A model generated the notes under the pieces. The model was given only the letters and a program-made list of their open reading frames with translations, made no database searches and was not told the DNA's origin. A DNA stretch of 28,615 nt, taken from the NCBI GenBank assembly GCA_964631415.1, contig CAZVZC010000025.1, positions 1 to 28,615 on the forward strand, given 5' to 3'. The position numbers were made by a program, and so were the translations under genes. Positions 8,782-16,487 of the stretch are shown here, piece by piece (position 1 is the first letter of the stretch; each line of letters starts with the position of its first letter). The DNA is from an uncultured archaeon. Lineage in GTDB: Archaea > Asgardarchaeota > Thorarchaeia > Thorarchaeales > Thorarchaeaceae.

Positions 8782-9438
8782 TTGGCTCAAGAACTCGAAG
8801 TCCTGGAGGACCTGCGTGAGGGCATTGACTCCTTCGTCGAGCGGTGGTCCAAGATTCAGCGTAATTCGATGAAGGCCATACAGGCTGTCACAAACACGCT
8901 TGCCCAGATCGAGCATCTTGATGGTCCAATGGGGAAGCTGGATGGCTTCAAGGACATCCGGGACAACGCGCGTGGGAAGCTCTTGGTGACTCTCTTCGAC
9001 AAGCTTGTGCCTTCCCTTGAGGCATCGATAAAGGAGTTCACAAAGCTCATGAAGATGTTCGAAACTCTGAGGCAGAGGGCATCGAGCATCCAGACCTTCG
9101 CTGAGTCGCTGAGGAACAATGTCGATGATACACCAGAGCTTGAGGACTTCATTGGATTCCTCGACCTCATTGTGATGAGTGTGCACGACATCCTCAACAT
9201 GTTTGAAGCTGAGTTTCTCGTGAAAATCACGATCTACAAAGACATCGAGGAGGACGCTGCGGACATTGGCGTTGTCAGCAACTATCTGACTATATGGACC
9301 GCCGAGCCCAATATCGAGCCGCATGCACTCGAGAAGCTACTGAAGGACTTGGACGAACACTTCGAGCTTCTAAGAGACGTCTTTCAGGGGAAGACTGGTA
9401 TCAGACTGCCCGACATCTATCGCAACGTGTCGTTCTAG
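8782..9438 (+). CDS. Helical-bundle protein resembling eukaryotic CINP / C1orf109 (candidate eukaryotic signature protein)
   Basis: 218-aa all-helical ORF; C-terminal HDILNMFEAEFLVKITIYKDI...YLTIWTAEPNIE matches the CINP pattern as I recall it. The CDS is confident, the family call moderately so. Confidence 0.7.
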   Translation: MAQELEVLEDLREGIDSFVERWSKIQRNSMKAIQAVTNTLAQIEHLDGPMGKLDGFKDIRDNARGKLLVTLFDKLVPSLEASIKEFTKLMKMFETLRQRASSIQTFAESLRNNVDDTPELEDFIGFLDLIVMSVHDILNMFEAEFLVKITIYKDIEEDAADIGVVSNYLTIWTAEPNIEPHALEKLLKDLDEHFELLRDVFQGKTGIRLPDIYRNVSF

Positions 9439-9505
9439 TGTGAGCTGTTTCTGCACGAGATCTGTTCAGAGTTTCGGGAAATGTCAAGAGGGCCATCTTG
9501 GCACC

Positions 9506-9690
9506 ACTACCGTTCATTGTAAGTTGGACAGAGTTGGGCACAGGAGTCCTTGTCCTCCCAGAAACGGCACTGGGGTCGTACTCCTTGAGGCTGGAATGTG
9601 TCGAGTCAGCCTCAAAGAGATGTCTGGTTCGGGCTATTTAAGTCCCCACTCGAAAATGTCCAAGATTGTCCAACTTCTACGCAGCTATTG
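9506..9690. repeat. 185-nt intergenic structured element, copy 1 (candidate ncRNA or non-autonomous element)
   Basis: Ungapped alignment to 14420-14604 with 23 substitutions (162/185 identical), several compensatory within stems. Confidence 0.9.
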
Positions 9691-9763
9691 CATACCCTTA
9701 ATTGAGAAATGCGCCTGCCGGCCGCTCATTCGCACCTAAGCCAGATATCGAGTGGATTAGCGC

Positions 9764-10912
9764 ATGGCTGACAAGAATGATGAGATGATCGTGACACCCT
9801 GGGAGGTCAAGGGCAAGATAGACTACGATCGACTCATAGAGCTCTTCGGTACGCAGAGGATAGACCAGAAGCTGAAAGAGCGCATCTATCGTGTGGCTGG
9901 AGAGAAGCATATGTACCTCGAGAGAGATCTGTTCTTCTCCCACAGAGACCTCGATTGGCTTTTCGATGAGTACGAGAAGGGGAATAAGTTCGTCATCTAC
10001 ACAGGCCGTGGGCCAAGTGGTCCCGTACACATTGGTCACATCGTGCCGTGGATATTCACCAAGTGGCTGCAGAAGAAATTCAAAACGCGTCTCTACTTCC
10101 AGCTGACAAACGATGAGAAGTTCTGGTTCAACGAGGAACTCACGATAGAGGATGTCCATCGCTTCACCCGTGAGAATGCGATTGACCTGCTGGCACTTGG
10201 CTTTGAACCTGAGAACACTTTCCTCGTAGACGACATCAAAGACATCAGCCTCCTTTACGAGATTGCCGCGAGGGTCGCGAAGAAAGTTACGTTTTCAACA
10301 GCAAAGGCAGTATTCGGCTTTGAGAACTCTATGAACATAGGCGGCATTTGGTATCCCGCGATGCAGGCTGTCCTTGCATTCCTTCACTCTGAAATCACGG
10401 GCAACAACACGCCTTGCCTCATTCCATGTGCCATCGACCAAGACCCTCACTGGAGGGTGACGCGCGATGTGGCTGATAAGTTGGGCTACTACAAGCCTGC
10501 CTCCATCCAGAACAGATTCGTGCCAGGTCTGGCAGAGGGAGGAAAGATGTCAGCGTCCGATCCAATGTCTGCAATCTTCATGACCGACAAACCGAAGCTC
10601 GCGAAGAAGAAGGTGATGAACGCTTTCACCGGTGGCAGAGCTACAGCTGAGGAGCAGCGGAGGCATGGGGCGGACCCCGAGGTCTGTTCAGTGTTCAAGT
10701 ACTACAACTTCATCTTCGTCCCAGACAACAAGGAGTTGGCAGACATAGAGCGGAAGTGTAGAAGCGGAGAGATGCTCTGCGGTGAGTGCAAGCAGATACT
10801 GCTCCCTAGAGTCATAGACTTCCTTGAGCGTCACCAGTCTGCCCGCGAGGAGGTCAAGGACCGGGTCGACGAGTTCTCAGCCTCGAGACTGATGGACGAG
10901 GCCAAGAGATAG
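9764..10912 (+). CDS. trpS: Tryptophan--tRNA ligase, archaeal/eukaryal type
   Basis: VTPW, YTGRGPS, HIGH, CLIPCAIDQDPHWR, KMSAS, AFTGG, CGECK. Confidence 0.98.
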   Translation: MADKNDEMIVTPWEVKGKIDYDRLIELFGTQRIDQKLKERIYRVAGEKHMYLERDLFFSHRDLDWLFDEYEKGNKFVIYTGRGPSGPVHIGHIVPWIFTKWLQKKFKTRLYFQLTNDEKFWFNEELTIEDVHRFTRENAIDLLALGFEPENTFLVDDIKDISLLYEIAARVAKKVTFSTAKAVFGFENSMNIGGIWYPAMQAVLAFLHSEITGNNTPCLIPCAIDQDPHWRVTRDVADKLGYYKPASIQNRFVPGLAEGGKMSASDPMSAIFMTDKPKLAKKKVMNAFTGGRATAEEQRRHGADPEVCSVFKYYNFIFVPDNKELADIERKCRSGEMLCGECKQILLPRVIDFLERHQSAREEVKDRVDEFSASRLMDEAKR

Positions 10913-11098
10913 TTCCCGGACCAGAGCAGCATCCAATGTGCGATTGTCAGCAGTCCCTCACCGGTTTTAGAGAGCGTGCTGGGTCCAAGGCAGGCGTCAT
11001 TGACACACCGGTCGGGTGATTTGGCCTTCATCACCACAAGTCATAATAGAGGAGGCCGGTGATTATGCGCTGACTCATAAACTCTGGAGAGTTTGACT

Positions 11099-12130
11099 AT
11101 GTCAAAGGAAGGACAGACAGCGGACATGTTCAAGTGTCCGGTCTGCAATGGGAATGTCCGGACGGGACCCGACGATGTGGTCATTACCTGTACCTATTGT
11201 GGTAACACGACCACCATCGAGGGGAAGGCGATCGGGGACCACCTGATGGAGTTGGCTAAAGATGCCCAGGAACGTGTCGATGGATTTCGAAAGTTCTTGG
11301 ACAAGAACAAGGGTATGAACAAGTCCCTTGCGCAGGGAGCCCAGGTGGTTGAGAACAATCTGATCTACGTACCTGTCTGGACAGCGAAGGTGAAGGCTGA
11401 TTCATGGTATAAGGGCTACAGGACTGTTCAGGTGCCTGTTCAGAAGACGAGGACAGTGAAGGACTCACAGGGACATACCCGCACTGAGAACTACACTGAC
11501 TACGAAACTGGCTACGAACCTGTACAGTCTGAGATCCACACAGACACTGACGAGAGGCTTCTGGCAAGAAAAGGGTCTCGCTTCTATGGTCTCGATGAGT
11601 ACCTTCAGACGATTGACCTGAAAGACACTGTTCCGTACAGCTTCGAGAAGATCAAAGACCTGCAGCCAACAATGCTCAATGCAGAGATTGGCGCAGAGGA
11701 GTTCGAGAAGACGGTGCATGGTCGCGTTGCTGACGGGCACAGAAGCAAGGCAAAGAGTGGTCTCACAGAGCTCTTCGACTGTAGGACGACGACAAACGTT
11801 CGAGGGACGACATATCTACAAGCGCCCTTCTCACTTGTCCGCTACAAATTCAAAGGCGAACTGTACAAGTGTGCTATGGACGGCAGCACAGGCAAGGTCG
11901 TTTTGGGGGAGATACCCATAACAAAGAGTCAGAGGACAATATGGGGGATCATGGGCTTCTTTGGCGTCTTTCTGGCTGGCGTGGGTGGAGAGTTTGCCTA
12001 CTTGGGCACGAAGATGGCGGATGGGACTGCAGTGATTCTTGGTGGAGCCATAGCGGCAATAGTAGGGGTGGTGTTAACCTTCTTAGGTCTCAGGGTGCTG
12101 CTGATGACTCAGCGGGAGAAGAAGGGGTGA
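11099..12130 (+). CDS. Zinc-ribbon membrane protein (YdjG-like), paralog A
   Basis: N-terminal CPVC-x14-CTYCG; YVPVW; RYKFKGELY..MDGSTGKVVLGEIP; two C-terminal TM helices. Alternative TTG at 11093. Confidence 0.8.
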   Translation: MSKEGQTADMFKCPVCNGNVRTGPDDVVITCTYCGNTTTIEGKAIGDHLMELAKDAQERVDGFRKFLDKNKGMNKSLAQGAQVVENNLIYVPVWTAKVKADSWYKGYRTVQVPVQKTRTVKDSQGHTRTENYTDYETGYEPVQSEIHTDTDERLLARKGSRFYGLDEYLQTIDLKDTVPYSFEKIKDLQPTMLNAEIGAEEFEKTVHGRVADGHRSKAKSGLTELFDCRTTTNVRGTTYLQAPFSLVRYKFKGELYKCAMDGSTGKVVLGEIPITKSQRTIWGIMGFFGVFLAGVGGEFAYLGTKMADGTAVILGGAIAAIVGVVLTFLGLRVLLMTQREKKG

Positions 12131-12135
12131 TAGAG

Positions 12136-13104
12136 ATGGCGAAGTGTGCGTTTTGTGATGCAGAGTTCAAGACGGGTCCTGGTGACGTCCTGTTGGTCTG
12201 TCCCTTCTGTGGGACTGCACAGACTGTCCAAGGCACGAAGTACAAAGAACACTACATGATACGTGTCCACTTTGACTCGACTGAGGCAGGGACAACATTA
12301 CTTGACTGGGTTTCAAAACAGCTTGGAGCTCCTGGTGACCTCGGCTCTGCAGCTAGTTTTGTGAAGGCTGAACAGGTTTGGTACCCGTTCTGGGTGTCCC
12401 GTGTTGATGCCCAGTCCACATACACAGGGTCTGGGCGCGACGCCAACTTCTCTGATGAGTGGCCACAGAGGCGGGGGGCCTACAAGAGAATCAACTTCTT
12501 TCTAAAACCTGAGTCGGGCGAGTTCGTGCGTCGACACGAGATAAAGATACCAGGTGTCCAAGGTCTTGACGAGGACATCAAGAACCAACCCATCCCCACG
12601 AAGGCCAAGGAGTTCTTCAGCAGTGCTCATGCCGAAGAGTACGACGGCAAGGTTCTGCACAGTCAAATGTCCGAGGAGCAGGCTAAGGCCACGGCCAAGC
12701 AGATGGCATTGGAGAGGCAGACGGCACTGATTATGCAAGAGGTTTCCAAGATAGACTCGCGAGCGGACAAGATAGACGTTGGAGAAACCTTCCTCGTTCA
12801 TGTGCCCGTGTGGGAGCTGGAGTACCGCTACGGCAAGAAGAAGTTCAATGCATCCGTGGCGGCGTCTACAGGCTATGTCATTGAAAGCAAGTATCCTCGC
12901 TCAGCTGCGTTCAGGGCAGGAGGAATCGGAGTAGGGTTTATTCTGTTTCTTATGGGCGCGGGTCTGATAGCTTTGGCCACGGGTGTTCTGGGACTGCAAC
13001 TGCTCATTGGTGGCGGCCTTGTTTCTGGTGGCTTACTGGCGATAGTAGGTCTCTCGTTCATGTACAAAGGCGCTTCACGAAAAGAAGCCAAGGAGAAGGC
13101 ATAG
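12136..13104 (+). CDS. Zinc-ribbon membrane protein (YdjG-like), paralog B
   Basis: True start ATG 12136 (MAKCAFC), 5 nt after paralog A; CAFC-x14-CPFCG, WYPFW, VPVWELEYRYG..ASTGYV; two C-terminal TM helices. Confidence 0.8.
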   Translation: MAKCAFCDAEFKTGPGDVLLVCPFCGTAQTVQGTKYKEHYMIRVHFDSTEAGTTLLDWVSKQLGAPGDLGSAASFVKAEQVWYPFWVSRVDAQSTYTGSGRDANFSDEWPQRRGAYKRINFFLKPESGEFVRRHEIKIPGVQGLDEDIKNQPIPTKAKEFFSSAHAEEYDGKVLHSQMSEEQAKATAKQMALERQTALIMQEVSKIDSRADKIDVGETFLVHVPVWELEYRYGKKKFNASVAASTGYVIESKYPRSAAFRAGGIGVGFILFLMGAGLIALATGVLGLQLLIGGGLVSGGLLAIVGLSFMYKGASRKEAKEKA

Positions 13105-13138
13105 GACTCCTGTCCTATCCCTTTCCTTTCTTTTTCTT
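13101..13138 (+). terminator. Hairpin plus pyrimidine tract between convergent genes
   Basis: ATAGGAC-TCCT-GTCCTAT stem followed by CCCTTTCCTTTCTTTTTC. Confidence 0.55.
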
Positions 13139-14282
13139 ATGTCTTGGAACGGGCAATTGCAGACGCGGTCGACTGTTCCTCACTGAGTCCAATCTTGGAA
13201 AGCAAGGGTGACTCGCGGAGTGCGGCCTTCATGTTCGGGCTAAGGATGGAATCAATAACAAGACCGACATCTATCTTGTTGTCAAGCGTAACAGGCGTGG
13301 AGTCGAGTGCGTCTTGGACTCCTGCTTTAACGATCCATGGTCCGAACGCCTGATTCGCGGCGCTGGGCGACTCGTGGAGCACGATGACATGTGATGTTTC
13401 CTTCTGCCTAGCGAGGTGTCCATAGACAGCGAACCTTGCGTAGTCCGCGTATATGGAAGTCTTAGGGTCGGTGGTTGGGTGCCGTGGGTCTTCAAGACTG
13501 TATCCCTGCGAGCGTACGCCTGCGTAGGCCTCGCTTCTCAAGTAGTCGACTCTGGGTTCGCCCGGGAGCGATAGCACTGTGAAGGAGTCACCATACAGCT
13601 TTCCGACCCAGATCTGGTGCAGTCCGGACTCGGGTTTCTCGACAAGCTGCATGAGAGTGTAGTTGATGGAAGCGTCGATGACGGCCTTGTAGGCACCTCT
13701 CATCGGAACAAACCGGCGACTGTGAAGTCTCCCCAGAAGACCGACAGCCATGATGCGCGCCACTTGGTCGAGCGTGTAGTCATACTCGAGGAGCTGACAA
13801 ATCCCTTCAGAGGCTGGGATGTCTTTCTGTGTGATTTTCTCGGCGACCTTGCTGACCTCGGGCTGTGAGAGTAGTTCGATAGACTCGACCATGACGTCGA
13901 GACCTGAAGGGAGCTGACCCGGCTGCGACCGGAGTTGACGGCCGGGAAGGCCCTCGACATGGACTTCCATGGCGACAGGGCTGACCGACAGAGCGATGGT
14001 CTGGAGAGTTTCAACAGCGTCGCTCGGATCCATGTCACGGCCATTGATTGGCATGACAAACCGGTAGAGTCCGCGTCTCATTGCGGCCACTGTTTCTCTG
14101 TCTAGCCCCTTCCACGACTCAGGGTGGTCGTGTATCGACAGATACTCTGATGGTTCAGTGGAGGCTAGGACGCCAGCTGTGAGAAAGGGATACCTAGCGG
14201 TATCAACAGAAACACCCGGAGGGCTGAATACTGTAAGAGTTCTCCTCGTGGGTGCCCGAGCCAGTCGGACCTGAGTAGTCAT
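13137..14282 (-). CDS. Divergent Nre-family (DUF650/DUF651) DNA repair protein
   Basis: SPPGVSV...YP, DHPESWKG, LQTIALSVSPV..E, VGLLG...RRFVP follow the Nre core pattern; the N-terminal Cys zinc finger and C-terminal PIP box are not visible. Confidence 0.7.
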   Translation of the reverse strand: MTTQVRLARAPTRRTLTVFSPPGVSVDTARYPFLTAGVLASTEPSEYLSIHDHPESWKGLDRETVAAMRRGLYRFVMPINGRDMDPSDAVETLQTIALSVSPVAMEVHVEGLPGRQLRSQPGQLPSGLDVMVESIELLSQPEVSKVAEKITQKDIPASEGICQLLEYDYTLDQVARIMAVGLLGRLHSRRFVPMRGAYKAVIDASINYTLMQLVEKPESGLHQIWVGKLYGDSFTVLSLPGEPRVDYLRSEAYAGVRSQGYSLEDPRHPTTDPKTSIYADYARFAVYGHLARQKETSHVIVLHESPSAANQAFGPWIVKAGVQDALDSTPVTLDNKIDVGLVIDSILSPNMKAALRESPLLSKIGLSEEQSTASAIARSKT

Positions 14283-14419
14283 CGCCTGACTAACGTACGT
14301 ATGTTATCCCTCTGATTCAGTCTAGACCTGTCTATTCTGGGAATCACTCTGCCAAGTCTATTCCTCAGTTCTGGAGTTCCATCGAACCTACGACTCCAGC
14401 CTAGGGGGAGATGCCCGAA

Positions 14420-14604
14420 ACTACCGTTCATTGTGAATTGGACAAAGTCAGACACGGGAGTCCTTGCCCTCCCAGAAACGGCACTGGGGTCGTACTCCTT
14501 GGGGCTGGAATGTGTCGAGTCAGCCCCAAAGAGATGTCCAGTTTGAGCTATTTAAGGCCCTACTCGAAAATGTCCAGGAATATCTGACTTCTATGCAGCT
14601 GTTG
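14420..14604. repeat. 185-nt intergenic structured element, copy 2
   Basis: Direct repeat of 9506-9690 at offset 4914, no indels. Confidence 0.9.
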
Positions 14605-14819
14605 AAGACCCATTTCGCATGACATATACAAGGAGGGCTGTTTCGAGTCTGAGTGTGACCAAAGGAGGTGGCAACAGGAGTGCTGATATCCTGACAGGCT
14701 GCTTCCCTGTGGGTTCCTCGCCAGTTGGTCTCGCTCTTTCTCTCAAGCAGAATACTGCAGCCTCAAGCTTTATGTCATGGCATGACGTGTGTGGCAAACA
14801 GGCGGGAGCGCCAGCAGTG

Positions 14820-16406
14820 ATGAACAGCAGCGAGAGAGTACCCTCTTCAGGCGGCCGAAGAGCAGTTCATCGCATTGTAGGTTTGCTACGACCATCTCGT
14901 GATACGTCCAGTCTTCTTGCTTTCTCAATCGTTGTGACTGTTGCCTCGTGCGTCCACTACTTGGCCACAATGCTGCAATGGACCCAACCCGGTCTCACCT
15001 TGGATGACTCGTGGATACACCTTCAATTCGCCCGTACTATCTACGAGGGTCATCCTTGGGAATACTCTCCGGGGATACCGTCAACAGGTTCCACCAGTCC
15101 CCTATGGTCGATCGTGCTTTCGTTTCTGTTTCTTTTCACGCGCGATCCAGTAGGGTTGGTCTGGGGCACGTACGTCGTGGCAACGATTCTTTACTGTACC
15201 TCCTCATGTTTGGTAGGCTTGATTGTACGGACCTACACTCATGAAACGACTGTAGGGTGTCTTGCAGTCCTGGGTTTTGTGTTGTTTCCACGCAACACTT
15301 GGCTGATGCTCTCCGGCATGGAAACGCCTCTGTTCATGTTCATGATTCTGCTTGCAGTGTACCTCCTTGATAAGCCCGAAATGAAGTTCGATCCAGCAAT
15401 AGGGCTGGTCGCAGGCTTGGCGTACTTATCGAGGCCGGAGGGAGTGCTGATACTGATCCTGTGTGTCCCGATGAGGTTTGTCATGCTCGGGCTCCGAAGA
15501 GATCTCAGTCTCCGGCGGCTGGCATCCTTCTTGTCGATTGGGGTCATAGCATTCCTTGTGGCGGCCCCCTGGATTGCCTATTGTCTGAGTGTGACTGGAC
15601 TTCCTTTTCCGGACACATTCTATGCGAAGGTCCACACACCGACTCAGTACGAGATAGACGTTTGGTCTTTCTGGTGGAACGTATGGTTGGTCGAGTTTCC
15701 ATTCATCACGATTGCGGCTGTTACTGGAGTCTATCTCGCAGCCAAGGGTAGACCATATACTTGGCTGCTGGCTATCTCGCTCTTCCTCTTCTACAGACTG
15801 AATGCCCCCTACATTGCGCTCATCAATAACGCCCGATATCTAGTTCCTGTATTCGACTTGCTCGTAATCATCTCGGTCCCCGCGATTGTTCTCACCCTGC
15901 GCAGAATCTTGCCTACACCTAAGCGGCCGCAGGCGAGAATCGATTTGAAGATAATGACACATGCTGTCGTCATTGCTCTGATAGTGATCCCACTGGTCCC
16001 TGGGTACTTGGCTCAAGCTCCTTTCTTTGGGAACGCTGTCAAGAACATAAACGAGCAACAAGTCCACATCGGCCTGTGGCTACGGGAAAACACTCCCGAG
16101 AATGCAGTCCTTGCGATTCACGACGCAGGGGCGCTTCGATTCTTTTCCGATCGCTCTGTTATTGACCTGGCAGGGTTGATCACGCCTGCCATCACTCACG
16201 GGAACATGACTGAAGTCGAGACCCTTGTCTATCTGCGAAACCAGGGCTGCAACTACTTCGTGTTCTTCGACGAGGTATTCTTCTACAGATTCTATTTGTT
16301 CGGAGCGTATGAGGTGATCTACACTGTTCACTTGGAGGACAATGTCATAAGTGGAAGGGATACTATGTCGGTATTCTTTGTGAACTGGACCAAGACCCCC
16401 TACTAG
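14820..16406 (+). CDS. GT-C fold multi-TM glycosyltransferase (PMT/arabinofuranosyltransferase-like)
   Basis: LDDSWIHLQFAR..YEG..G..STGSTSPLW loop, SGMETPL, RPEG, PDTFYAK, RYLVP, WLRENTP..A..DAGA...DLAGL. The frame opens at 14619, but the first 67 residues look spurious. Confidence 0.85.
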   Translation: MNSSERVPSSGGRRAVHRIVGLLRPSRDTSSLLAFSIVVTVASCVHYLATMLQWTQPGLTLDDSWIHLQFARTIYEGHPWEYSPGIPSTGSTSPLWSIVLSFLFLFTRDPVGLVWGTYVVATILYCTSSCLVGLIVRTYTHETTVGCLAVLGFVLFPRNTWLMLSGMETPLFMFMILLAVYLLDKPEMKFDPAIGLVAGLAYLSRPEGVLILILCVPMRFVMLGLRRDLSLRRLASFLSIGVIAFLVAAPWIAYCLSVTGLPFPDTFYAKVHTPTQYEIDVWSFWWNVWLVEFPFITIAAVTGVYLAAKGRPYTWLLAISLFLFYRLNAPYIALINNARYLVPVFDLLVIISVPAIVLTLRRILPTPKRPQARIDLKIMTHAVVIALIVIPLVPGYLAQAPFFGNAVKNINEQQVHIGLWLRENTPENAVLAIHDAGALRFFSDRSVIDLAGLITPAITHGNMTEVETLVYLRNQGCNYFVFFDEVFFYRFYLFGAYEVIYTVHLEDNVISGRDTMSVFFVNWTKTPY

Positions 16407-16487
16407 TGAGTCTTTGTAGTCTTCAGTACGGCTGGAAACGAATAAGCTTATGAGATGCGAGGACTTTCGAGAAAGGAGGAGAGTTCA

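Noticed and set aside
8713-9324. 203-aa antisense ORF and the many other shadow ORFs in the track
   Set aside because: Antisense or out-of-frame to well-supported genes with no recognisable motifs
9506-9690. CRISPR array, tRNA, T-box or C/D box reading of the repeat upstream of trpS
   Set aside because: Only two long copies without spacers; no cloverleaf or TTC loop; no T-box consensus or RUGAUGA box; the second copy is not next to a synthetase gene
9440-9739. 99-aa ORF across repeat copy 1
   Set aside because: The equivalent frame in copy 2 has a TGA stop (GTT TGA) and substitutions follow base pairing rather than codon position
11869-12135. N-terminal extension of the 411-aa ORF
   Set aside because: Overlaps paralog A out of frame; alignment with the paralog starts at ATG 12136
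14619-14819. N-terminal extension of the glycosyltransferase
   Set aside because: Ser/Gly-rich and non-protein-like; more likely 5' non-coding sequence, although the exact start is uncertain
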